DNA of 64,000 nucleotides from Macrostomum hystrix (taxonomy: Eukaryota > Animalia > Platyhelminthes): positions 21,886,001-21,950,000 of the forward strand of contig CATNEN010000001.1 in assembly GCA_950097015.1 (NCBI GenBank), read 5' to 3'. Below, one piece after another: positions 21,208 to 33,196 of the stretch (the stretch's first letter is position 1; each line of letters starts with the position of its first letter). Under the pieces are notes generated by a model. The model saw only the letters and a program-made list of their open reading frames with translations, did no database searches and was not told where the DNA came from. The position numbers were made by a program, and so were the translations under genes.

Positions 21208-21406
21208 TGTAAGACGCTGGTTTGTTAGGTAGCATGCACACAATTCGCGAAGAGCCATACCGGCTCGCTAGCACTATTATATTTGGCCAGAAACACTGGG
21301 GTGGGCGTACCCACCCCCCAATCACGCCACGCAAGCACGCACGCAGGCGTGTACGCTCTACCCCCCGCAGTGTACACTGCGGGCCGCGAACTCTAAGCTG
21401 CTTACA
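21208..21406 (-). repeat. 5' LTR (199 bp)
   Basis: Identical to 16488-16686. Confidence 0.96.
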
Positions 21407-22172
21407 CAGTAATTTAGTTATAAATAACTCCAGTTAAGATTCAAAAAAAGCAGAATCTCAGTTTAGGCCTTTCGTTTGTTAGTTTATTTTTTTGCAAGTC
21501 ACGTTTTTAAAGGCTCGTTTTCTTTAAAGCAAAATTTTGGAGTTAAGCTGACTTGTCCGAGACATATAAAGATAAGACTAGAAAATTACAGATAAAAGTT
21601 TGAATCTCGCGAGTGCTGTCAACGAAGCTGCCTTTCAGATGCCAAGCAAATTCGTTACTCGCTCTGAAATTCAGTTTATGTAATTAAAAAATTGACTTAA
21701 ACTATTATTGAAAATTTTCTAGAGAATGATGGAGCAGAGAATAGAGGCACTTACTAGACTCCTTGAGTGCGTACATGACGTTGGCATGCACAGTGCCTAA
21801 CTTTTTCAATAGAGCGTCCAGGCGACGCTTCCGCTCGCTAATATCGGTCTTGATGAGCAGGATTTCCGTCAGCTCATTCAGCAGCTGTTCAAGCAGACGC
21901 GAAGAGTCGAAATTCAAATCGGTTGAAACTTCAGCTACGATGGACATGTTGCGTAGCGTCCTCCTTGAGATTATTGGTTGGTCAAAGTTCGCTAAATTTA
22001 AGTGTTAGCGCAAGTTAAAGCAAGTCCGAAGATTCAATATTCCCAGGATGGGCCACTCTATGGCCAAAGCTCAGTTAGTCAGTGAGAGGGAACGCGACCA
22101 CGCGAATGGCAAGATATTTTTAAGAAAGCCGACAACGCTGGCTGGCAATTCTAAATTCAGTAGCTTATGCAC

Positions 22173-22761
22173 TTACTTACTTTACTTACTTTGCAGGGGG
22201 GCCTGGGGCACTTGACGCACAAACACAGGAACGGCATGCCCCCAGGCCGGCGAACTAGGCGAGAGCCGCCCATCGCGCCGCCTCCCCTGGGCAGGCACCT
22301 CACACACACAGCAGCAAGCCAAGCGGGGAAGGGGGCGGCAGCCGGAGTGCCTCTCACCCCAGGCCCGCACACGCACAGAGCAGACCAAGCCGGGGCGGAA
22401 GGCTGATAGAAATCAGTCCTCAGGGGGGGCGGGTGACGAGTGTACACTTTATCCAATCGCGCTGACGGAAATCCAGATGAGCGCGCGGCGGTGTACACCC
22501 GCCCCCCAGCCACCCCCCGCAAGGTCTAACGCCCCAGCGCCAACGCACAAACTCATACAACGCAGAACAGGCACTCAGAAAGGTAGGAGCGAAGATATTT
22601 TTCAAGCTTTGATTGCACGAAATAAGGTGCACCTCCGCCGGTCGCTACTGTCCAAACCCCCCCAACAAGTACCGAAATTAATCGTGACCTGAAGGGTGAA
22701 TCGAACTAGCGTCCTTTGGAGTGCGAGGCAGCGACGTTAGCCGCTGACCCCCCTCGCCCCT
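22173..22761 (-). mobile_element. ~590-bp GC-rich tRNA-derived SINE (family 3) with (AGTA)n-type tail and 12-bp TSD
   Basis: TAGCTTATGCAC at 22161-22172 and 22762-22773; minus-strand head has an A-box-like GGGTCAGCGG and B box GTTCGATTC; tail AAGTAAGTAAAGTAAGTAA. Confidence 0.78.
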
Positions 22762-22872
22762 TAGCTTATGCACATGGTCGTCCTTTTTTATTTTGAGGAC
22801 AGGTTTTTGTGAATTCGAGAAGAGTAGGCGCTGCAGCGCGCAAGTTGCTACTCGCTATACATGCGAGAGACC

Positions 22873-23088
22873 ATGCCGTTTAATTCTCGCTGCTGCTGTG
22901 TGCGTGGATGTGGCACGCATGTCTTCACGCCGGAGAAGAATGGCGTGCGCGTGCAACTGCACCACTTTCCAAAGGACGACGTCGCAGCTCGGCGGTGGCT
23001 CGCAGTTCTAGAGGGCCAGGATACCAGCCTTGGAACAGTTGGACAACACAAACTTAAACAGTGCAGCACCTTACTCTCGACAATCTGA
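22873..23088 (+). pseudogene. THAP zinc-finger domain relic
   Basis: MPFNSRCCCVRGC...LHHFPKDDVAARRWLAVL...QCS has the THAP C-x-C, FP.D and W motifs; the final CxxH appears frameshifted and a stop follows. Confidence 0.6.
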
Positions 23089-24099
23089 ACTACATCTGCT
23101 CATAGGCGAGGGGAGGCCAGCATTAGCGCTGCGTAATTTATTCCGACAAAACGCGTTGAGTCTACTGAACTCAGACGAATGTCGCATTTTTGGCAAAAGC
23201 ATTGAGTCTATGGCCACGCGAGTAGTCGCGAGTTGCCCTTAAATTTCCAGGATGTATATTTAACATTGACATAAAACACCGAGTTAGAATTCTCTTCTTT
23301 TTCCGGACTGTATTGTCCATTTCTCGGCACATTTTCGAGCCCCTCAAAAAATGCATGAACACGCAGGAATAACGCACGAGTGCTACTTAACAACAGTTAG
23401 GTCTGTTACAATCAGGATGGAGACACGAATACAACGGTTAGTTATGTATTAAGTATTATGTATTATGTATTATGTATTTAGTTATGTATTATCTTGGGAA
23501 TATAGGATCTGTGATCTCGTCTAACAAATATTTTTACCATAAACTAAACTGTTTGCAGACTGGTGGCTTACTTACTGGCGGTGAACATTGACTTTTCCAG
23601 CGCATTACGATATAGATAAAAAATTCGATGATAGCTACTATCTTTCTGCGTTAGTAGTCTGTGTAGTTCATAAAATAAAAAATAACGATTAGAATATATT
23701 CGTAGAGTACTCTTGTACTTAATCTTGTGCAACCATAAATAAACTAGCTAGGCGCTAGGTGCCGACAGTTAGCTTGTTAGCCCTCCGGAACTAAACTGCC
23801 AGCTCATGCAACACAGACCAGCTTTGAGCAGTCGAAAGACCAGCTCTTTGCGGTTCCAACCAAATTTCTGGCCCTCTTTGGCTGCCGCAAAATTTGAAAC
23901 AATACATTGTTATAAACTGTCGAATTTTTAGAGTTGGTGATTGGTGAGTTTTCAGTCGGTTTGCACAGTTGCATGACTGCGCATGTACTTTTATGTACTG
24001 CTAGCACCTACACTGCTGTACTACAGGCTGTTCCATCTACTGTAGAGTACAGAGCAAAATGCAAACTGTAAAATAAAAATACGAATGTGAGTGATGGAT

Positions 24100-25178
24100 A
24101 TCAGGTGAGGGACTGCCAGATACCAGTAAAGGTAGTGCCAGACATCAGGTGAGGGAGTGCCAGATACCAGTAAAGGTAGTGCCAGACATCAGGTGAGGGA
24201 GTGCCAGATACCAGTAAAGGTAGTGCCAGACATCAGGTGAGGGAGTGCCAGATACCAGTAAAGGTAGTGCCAGACATCAGGTGAGGGACTGCCAGATACC
24301 AGTAAAGGTAGTGCCAGACATCAGGTGAGGGACTGCCAGATACCAGTAAAGGTAGTGCCAGACATCAGGTGAGGGAGTGCCAGATACCAGTAAAGGTAGT
24401 GCCAGACATCAGGTGAGGGAGTGCCAGATACCAGTAAAGGTAGTGCCAGACATCAGGTGAGGGAGTGCCAGATACCAGTAAAGGTAGTGCCAGACATCAG
24501 GTGAGGGAGTGCCAGATACCAGTAAAGGTAGTGCCAGACATCAGGTGAGGGACTGCCAGATACCAGTAAAGGTAGTGCCAGACATCAGGTGAGGGACTGC
24601 CAGATACCAGTAAAGGTAGTGCCAGACATCAGGTGAGGGAGTGCCAGATACCAGTAAAGGTAGTGCCAGACATCAGGTGAGGGAGTGCCAGATACCAGTA
24701 AAGGTAGTGCCAGACATCAGGTGAGGGACTGCCAGATACCAGTAAAGGTAGTGCCAGACATCAGGTGAGGGACTGCCAGATACCAGTAAAGGTAGTGCCA
24801 GTCATCAGGTGAGGGAGTGCCAGATACCAGTAAAGGTAGTGTCAGACATCAGGTGAGGGACTGCCAGATACCAGTAAAGGTAGTGCCAGACATCAGGTGA
24901 GGGACTGCCAGATACCAGTAAAGGTAGTGCCAGACATCAGGTGAGGGAGTGCCAGATACCAGTAAAGGTAGTGCCAGACATCAGGTGAGGGACTGCCAGA
25001 TACCAGTAAAGGTAGTGCCAGACATCAGGTGAGGGACTGCCAGATACCAGTAAAGGTAGTGCCAGACATCAGGTGAGGGACTACCAGATACCAGTAAGGG
25101 TAGTGCCAGACATCAGGTGAGGGACTGTCAGATACCAGTAAAGGTAGTGCCAGACATCAGGTGAGGGACTGCCAGACA
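24100..25178. repeat. 44-bp satellite (dimer of 22-bp subunits CATCAGGTGAGGGA[G/C]TGCCAGA + TACCAGTAAAGGTAGTGCCAGA), ~24 copies
   Basis: Period 44 (24143 vs 24187). Confidence 0.95.
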
Positions 25179-27219
25179 CTAAAATACCCAGCAATTGAAC
25201 CAGACTTGCAAAGTGGTTAAAATTCCATCACCTGATAAGCTATTTCGTGTGGCAGAAAAGCCAGTACTGATATGACTGACAGATCTGCAATCACTGAGCC
25301 AGATAATGACAAATGAAAGCGAAATTGCCAATTCAAACTCCACCTATCCATAGAAATTCAACTGAAATGTTGTCAGTCTTTCCAATACTTGAAAACCTGT
25401 TGAAATGCATCGGACAGAAGGCCGCTGGTGAAGATTCTGACAGGAAAGATTTTTGAGCTGAGAAAACGCTGCGAGTAATTAGAGAGGAATCGGTGCTTAT
25501 TGAAAAAAGGCCACATTTCGGGTCTGGGGATTCTACGGGCACATTCTGAGCGGGTACTTGATGTCAGGCCGCTGAGCTGAGCTCTTTGTCTGCGAGCCAA
25601 ATCTACAAGTCAACTGCGAAACCGGGTTGGGAAAAACATATATTTTTCTATAAAAAATGCCCATTCTGCCCGCACGGCAGCCGCTTTCAGTTTGACTATG
25701 CTCCGGTCGAGTGAGACATTTTCCCATCAAATGAGACGAGAACGCGTGGGCGACTTCGCGGAGGTTTTAAGGAGGGGAAGAGGGAGAAAGTGCGAGAAAT
25801 CACTGAATCAACGAGCAGTGGGAATGGAATATTGGAAGGAGGGCGAGAGTTGGGAAGCGGCAGAGTTTCGCTGCGACTTCTCATCCCGTTTCGCCCTGAT
25901 GCATGGAAAGTACTTTTGAGCGCACAGCGGATCCGCCCGGCGCTTAGTCTGGGAGACTCGCCTCTTGCCCGCCTCTCCCGGTCTCTTTCTCCAAGCCCTC
26001 TGGCTCAGTGCTCAGTATATTTGGTCCGCTAATCTCACCCAGACCTCGACAGTTCTGGCTGCTCAGTAGTGACGCTCTCAAATCATCATGTTTCCCCTGG
26101 ACCCTCTGACTGCATGCTTTGGTGTTCCCTGTTCTGTGCGCCAGATACAGCGGCTCAACTCTAACTCCCACTGTAACGTCTCGAGGCCTCCGCCCCACCG
26201 CCCGGCCGTCTCCCCCCTCCTCTGGAGGGAGCTTCAGCTGACAGTTTTCTCCCAACCCCACCAGGACCTATCCAGTGTGCCTCTCCCTGGTGTGGTGTGT
26301 AACATTTTCTAGCCGTTCCCCCAGCGCAGACAGAGAGGGAGAAGGAAATGCTAGCTAGAGCTATCAGCTCAACTCAGAGAGCGAGAGCCATAGAGTGGGG
26401 TGGAGGAGGTGGCGTTTGAGCATTGGGCTGTTGGCTGGCTGGAGATTGGTTGCCCTATTTAGGCAGGAGCTGCGGGTAGAGGGAAGAGCAGAGACGGGCG
26501 GGCGTCTCTGAGCAGCTACTGACACGCCAAGGAGCCGAGTTAGCAGTGAGAGTGCCGCTGTGCATCCGCATTTCTGCTCCCGTTCTGTTCGCATCTCGAC
26601 GTCAGTCTTTCCCTCTTCCCTCTCCCTTCCAGTGCGTGTGTGGAATCGAGCTCAGAACCAGCGCAGGCATTCTCTCACTCACGGACTTACTCGTTCACTC
26701 TCTCTCCCTCTCTCTCGTTCGCCCTCTCGCTCTCTTTTTCTCCTGCCCACCGCACAGCCGAGCTGCCGCGCCATTCGGGGATAGCAGAGCGGCTTTGAAG
26801 GCGGCTAGAAAATATAAAACAAGCTTTCGGGTTGCCTGACAGACTGCTGACACAGGCAGGCAGCTGGCAGCAGCGGATAACAGGCTTGTAATAGCAGTTC
26901 CTGAGAGAGGGAGGGCGACAGAGTGGGAGAACAGAGAGCAGCCCCTAGTAGGGATTTGTGAGAGCGTAAAATAGAGAAATTTTATGCCAGAAGCTCGCAC
27001 GCAAGGCCTGTAACGAAGTGCAACACAGCTGCGAAGCACCGTCTGATCAACCGATTCAACAAAAATGTGAGTAGCGAGTCATTTCCTAGCTTGCTTCTAC
27101 ACGAAATCAGAGAATCATTTGAATCATAAATAGCATTCCTCTGAATTAGTTTTGCAGTTAGGTTATTCAAATGTGACAAGTGCACTTCTGTTGTTAACAA
27201 AATGTTCTGCTGTGCAAAT

Positions 27220-30200
27220 CAGTAACTTCAGTATTTGGTGTGATTGGTATGCAGTCACTTCAGTATTTGGTGTGATTGGTATGCAGTCACTTCAGTATTT
27301 GGTGTGATTGGTATGCAGTCACTTCAGTATTTAGAGTGATTGGTATGCAGTCACTTCAGTATTTACAGTGATTGGTATGCAGTCACTTCAGTATTTACAG
27401 TGATTGGTATGCAGTCACTTCAGTATTTAGAGTGATTGGTATGCAGTCACTTCAGTATTTAGAGTGATTGGTATGCAGTCACTTCAGTATTTACAGTGAT
27501 TGGTATGCAGTCACTTCAGTATTTACAGTGATTGGTATGCAGTCACTTCAGTATTTAGAGTGATTGGTATGCAGTCACTTCAGTATTTAGAGTGATTGGT
27601 ATGCAGTCACTTCAGTATTTAGAGTGATTGGTATGCAGTCACTTCAGTATTTAGAGTGATTGGTATGCAGTCACTTCAGTATTTAGAGTGATTGGTATGC
27701 AGTCACTTCAGTATTTAGAGTGATTGGTATGCAGTCACTTCAGTATTTAGAGTGATTGGTATGCAGTCACTTCAGTATTTAGAGTGATTGGTATGCAGTC
27801 ACTTCAGTATTTAGAGTGATTGGTATGCAGTCACTTCAGTATTTAGAGTGATTGGTATGCAGTCACTTCAGTATTTAGAGTGATTGGTATGCAGTCACTT
27901 CAGTATTTAGAGTGATTGGTATGCAGTCACTTCAGTATTTAGAGTGATTGGTATGCAGTCACTTCAGTATTTAGAGTGATTGGTATGCAGTCACTTCAGT
28001 ATTTAGAGTGATTGGTATGCAGTCACTTCAGTATTTAGAGTGATTGGTATGCAGTCACTTCAGTATTTAGAGTGATTGGTATGCAGTCACTTCAGTATTT
28101 AGAGTGATTGGTATGCAGTCACTTCAGTATTTAGAGTAATTGGTATGCAGTCACTCCAGTATTTGGTGTGATTGGTATGCAGTCACTTCAGTATTTGGTG
28201 TGATTGGTATGCAGTCACTTCAGTATTTAGAGTGATTGGTATGCAGTCACTTCAGTATTTAGAGTGATTGGTATGCAGTCACTTCAGTATTTACAGTGAT
28301 TGGTATGCAGTCACTTCAGTATTTGGTGTGATTGGTATGCAGTCACTTCAGTATTTGGTGTGATTGGTATGCAGTCACTTCAGTATTTGGTGTGATTGGT
28401 ATGCAGTCACTTCAGTATTTAGAGTGATTGGTATGCAGTCACTTCAGTATTTAGAATGATTGGTATGCAGTCACTTCAGTATTTAGAATGATTGGTATGC
28501 AGTCACTTCAGTATTTAGAATGATTGGTATGCAGTCACTTCAGTATTTAGAGTGATTGGTATGCAGTCACTTCAGTATTTAGAGTGATTGGTATGCAGTC
28601 ACTTCAGTATTTAGAATGATTGGTATGCAGTCACTTCAGTATTTAGAGTGATTGGTATGCAGTCACTTCAGTATTTAGAATGATTGGTATGCAGTCACTT
28701 CAGTATTTAGAATGATTGGTATGCAGTCACTTCAGTATTTAGAGTGATTGGTATGCAGTCACTTCAGTATTTAGAGTGATTGGTATGCAGTCACTTCAGT
28801 ATTTAGAGTGATTGGTATGCAGTCACTTCAGTACTTAGAATGATTGGTATGCAGTCACTTCAGTATTTAGAGTGATTGGTATGCAGTCACTTCAGTACTT
28901 AGAGTGATTGGTATGCAGTCACTTCAGTATTTGGTGTGATTGGTATGCAGTCACTTCAGTATTTGGTGTGATTGGTATGCAGTCACTTCAGTATTTAGAG
29001 TGATTGGTATGCAGTCACTTCAGTATTTACAGTGATTGGTATGCAGTCACTTCAGTATTTACAGTGATTGGTATGCAGTCACTTCAGTATTTAGAGTGAT
29101 TGGTATGCAGTCACTTCAGTATTTAGAGTGATTGGTATGCAGTCACTTCAGTATTTACAGTGATTGGTATGCAGTCACTTCAGTATTTACAGTGATTGGT
29201 ATGCAGTCACTTCAGTATTTAGAGTGATTGGTATGCAGTCACTTCAGTATTTAGAGTGATTGGTATGCAGTCACTTCAGTATTTAGAGTGATTGGTATGC
29301 AGTCACTTCAGTATTTAGAGTGATTGGTATGCAGTCACTTCAGTATTTAGAGTGATTGGTATGCAGTCACTTCAGTATTTAGAGTGATTGGTATGCAGTC
29401 ACTTCAGTATTTAGAGTGATTGGTATGCAGTCACTTCAGTATTTACAGTGATTGGTATGCAGTCACTTCAGTATTTGGTGTGATTGGTATGCAGTCACTT
29501 CAGTATTTGGTGTGATTGGTATGCAGTCACTTCAGTATTTGGTGTGATTGGTATGCAGTCACTTCAGTATTTAGAGTGATTGGTATGCAGTCACTTCAGT
29601 ATTTAGAGTGATTGGTATGCAGTCACTTCAGTATTTAGAGTGATTGGTATGCAGTCACTTCAGTATTTGGTGTGATTGGTATGCAGTCACTTCAGTATTT
29701 AGAGTGATTGGTATGCAGTCACTTCAGTATTTAGAGTGATTGGTATGCAGTCACTTCAGTATTTAGAGTGATTGGTATGCAGTCACTTCAGTATTTAGAG
29801 TGATTGGTATGCAGTCACTTCAGTATTTAGAGTGATTGGTATGCAGTCACTTCAGTATTTTGTGTGATTGGTATGCAGTCACTTCAGTATTTAGAGTGAT
29901 TGGTATGCAGTCACTTCAGTATTTACAGTGATTGGTATGCAGTCACTTCAGTATTTACAGTGATTGGTATGCAGTCACTTCAGTATTTAGAGTGATTGGT
30001 ATGCAGTCACTTCAGTATTTAGAGTGATTGGTATGCAGTCACTTCAGTATTTAGAGTGATTGGTATGCAGTCACTTCAGTATTTAGAGTGATTGGTATGC
30101 AGTCACTTCAGTATTTAGAGTGATTGGTATGCAGTCACTTCAGTATTTAGAGTGATTGGTATGCAGTCACTTCAGTATTTAGAGTGATTGGTATGCAGTC

Positions 30201-32447
30201 ACTTCAGTATTTAGAGTGATTGGTATGCAGTCACTTCAGTATTTAGAGTGATTGGTATGCAGTCACTTCAGTATTTAGAGTGATTGGTATGCAGTCACTT
30301 CAGTATTTAGAGTGATTGGTATGCAGTCACTTCAGTATTTAGAGTGATTGGTATGCAGTCACTTCAGTATTTAGAGTGATTGGTATGCAGTCACTTCAGT
30401 ATTTAGAGTGATTGGTATGCAGTCACTTCAGTATTTAGAGTGATTGGTATGCAGTCACTTCAGTATTTAGAGTGATTGGTATGCAGTCACTTCAGTATTT
30501 AGAGTGATTGGTATGCAGTCACTTCAGTATTTAGAATGATTGGTATGCAGTCACTTCAGTATTTAGAGTGATTGGTATGCAGTCACTTCAGTATTTAGAA
30601 TGATTGGTATGCAGTCACTTCAGTATTTAGAATGATTGGTATGCAGTCACTTCAGTATTTAGAGTGATTGGTATGCAGTCACTTCAGTATTTAGAGTGAT
30701 TGGTATGCAGTCACTTCAGTATTTAGAGTGATTGGTATGCAGTCACTTCAGTACTTAGAATGATTGGTATGCAGTCACTTCAGTATTTAGAGTGATTGGT
30801 ATGCAGTCACTTCAGTACTTAGAGTGATTGGTATGCAGTCACTTCAGTATTTGGTGTGATTGGTATGCAGTCACTTCAGTATTTGGTGTGATTGGTATGC
30901 AGTCACTTCAGTATTTAGAGTGATTGGTATGCAGTCACTTCAGTATTTAGAGTGATTGGTATGCAGTCACTTCAGTATTTAGAGTGATTGGTATGCAGTC
31001 ACTTCAGTATTTAGAGTGATTGGTATGCAGTCACTTCAGTATTTAGAGTGATTGGTATGCAGTCACTTCAGTATTTACAGTGATTGGTATGCAGTCACTT
31101 CAGTATTTGGTGTGATTGGTATGCAGTCACTTCAGTATTTGGTGTGATTGGTATGCAGTCACTTCAGTATTTGGTGTGATTGGTATGCAGTCACTTCAGT
31201 ATTTAGAGTGATTGGTATGCAGTCACTTCAGTATTTAGAGTGATTGGTATGCAGTCACTTCAGTATTTAGAGTGATTGGTATGCAGTCACTTCAGTATTT
31301 GGTGTGATTGGTATGCAGTCACTTCAGTATTTAGAGTGATTGGTATGCAGTCACTTCAGTATTTAGAGTGATTGGTATGCAGTCACTTCAGTATTTAGAG
31401 TGATTGGTATGCAGTCACTTCAGTATTTGGTGTGATTGGTATGCAGTCACTTCAGTATTTGGTGTGATTGGTATGCAGTCACTTCAGTATTTAGAGTGAT
31501 TGGTATGCAGTCACTTCAGTATTTAGAGTGATTGGTATGCAGTCACTTCAGTATTTGGTGTGATTGGTATGCAGTCACTTCAGTATTTGGTGTGATTGGT
31601 ATGCAGTCACTTCAGTATTTAGAATGATTGGTATGCAGTCACTTCAGTATTTAGAGTGATTGGTATGCAGTCACTTCAGTATTTGGTGTGATTGGTATGC
31701 AGTCACTTCAGTATTTGGTGTGATTGGTATGCAGTCACTTCAGTATTTGGTGTGATTGGTATGCAGTCACTTCAGTATTTAGAGTGATTGGTATGCAGTC
31801 ACTTCAGTATTTAGAGTGATTGGTATGCAGTCACTTCAGTATTTGGTGTGATTGGTATGCAGTCACTTCAGTATTTGGTGTGATTGGTATGCAGTCACTT
31901 CAGTATTTAGAATGATTGGTATGCAGTCACTTCAGTATTTGGTGTGATTGGTATGCAGTCACTTCAGTATTTGGTGTGATTGGTATGCAGTCACTTCAGT
32001 ATTTAGAATGATTGGTATGCAGTCACTTCAGTATTTAGAATGATTGGTATGCAGTCACTTCAGTATTTAGAATGATTGGTATGCAGTCACTTCAGTATTT
32101 GGTGTGATTGGTATGCAGTCACTTCAGTATTTGGTGTGATTGGTATGCAGTCACTTCAGTATTTAGAATGATTGGTATGCAGTCACTCCAGTATTTAGAA
32201 TGATTGGTATGCAGTCACTTCAGTATTTAGAGTGATTGGTATGCAGTCACTTCAGTATTTGGTGTGATTGGTATGCAGTCACTTCAGTATTTAGAGTGAT
32301 TGGTATGCAGTCACTTCAGTATTTAGAGTGATTGGTATGCAGTCACTTCAGTATTTGGTGTGATTGGTATGCAGTCACTTCAGTATTTAGAGTGATTGGT
32401 ATGCAGTCACTTCAGTATTTAGAGTGATTGGTATGCAGTCACTTCAG
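27220..32447. repeat. 32-bp satellite (CAGTCACTTCAGTATTT[AGAG/GGTG/ACAG/AGAA]TGATTGGTATG), ~163 copies
   Basis: Period 32 (27252 vs 27284); variation almost confined to one 4-nt site. Confidence 0.97.
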
Positions 32448-33196
32448 TGTGCAAATGAAATATTAGCTAGATTTATTTGAGTTGGGCCTCGCTATTAGAA
32501 GCTAAATAAATATATAGTTTGAAAATACAAACATTTCAACTGTTAAGCAGTGAAGTGGGGTAATTAAATTAAATTTTCTCATTCAGAAAAGATCGCCAAG
32601 TATACTAAGCATTAACAGACCCTGTTTGATCTTATATTTATTTGTTGCTCTACCCTTTTTTGAACGAATGCATTGTAAATTGTGCGTGCCAATAATAGCG
32701 CATATTATCTCTCATGACACGATTTGAAGATTTTTCTAAGAACCGTTTGATCTGTCGTTAGTGATATAGTGAACATTCACATGATATGTGCGCTGCCTTA
32801 AGGTCTGCGCAAGCCATTACACGAGACTTGATAAAAATGTTAAAAAAGCGATACACAATTAGGGCTTGGGGTTGGGGTTGATGTACGCGAGTTCAGATGC
32901 ACCTTTTCCTAGATTTAACTACGCTTTTAAACAGCTACACAGAGGCATGGACAGAAAAGCTGTGTGTATAAGCATTTATTTAGGTTAGCTCTGTGCTGAA
33001 ATTCGAGTCACACTAACTAAGCCTTTACATAAAAAGGCTCATCTACCATTCAAATTCGTTCATTGCACCGGATGTGCCCATGTGAGAGCTGCTGATAATT
33101 GCAGAAAAGCTAACAAGAAAGAATTGACACATTTTCCACCGCAGCAGCACTGCTGGCCCCGGAAATTGGACAGCCGCAACAGCGTTGAAGGCAAAG

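Larger units (their letters stand above)
16488..21406 (-). mobile_element. Complete Ty3/Gypsy LTR retrotransposon, 4919 bp
   Basis: Two identical 199-bp LTRs (TGTAAG...CTTACA), 4-bp TSD CAGT (16484-16487, 21407-21410), PBS, PPT, gag and pol in PR-RT-RH-IN order. Confidence 0.97.

Noticed and set aside
21188-21334. N-terminal extension of gag in the ORF track
   Set aside because: Starts at a non-ATG codon inside the LTR; the first ATG after the PBS is 21187.
5907-21406. Diversity-generating retroelement (C-type lectin genes next to a reverse transcriptase)
   Set aside because: The RT is a standard Gypsy Pol inside a recent LTR insertion. There is no template/variable repeat pair differing only at adenines, and lectin differences involve all bases. 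Adjacency is probably incidental.
25330-27070. Protein-coding ORFs in the GC/CT-rich region upstream of the 32-bp satellite
   Set aside because: Short ORFs with no recognisable motif. The region may be promoter or 5' UTR exons of the RhoGEF (donor-like GTGAGT at 27067), but this cannot be supported from sequence alone.
27220-32447. CRISPR-like array (constant 28 nt plus variable site)
   Set aside because: The variable part is only 4 nt with four recurring states, there are no unique spacers or cas genes, and the context is eukaryotic; it is a satellite.
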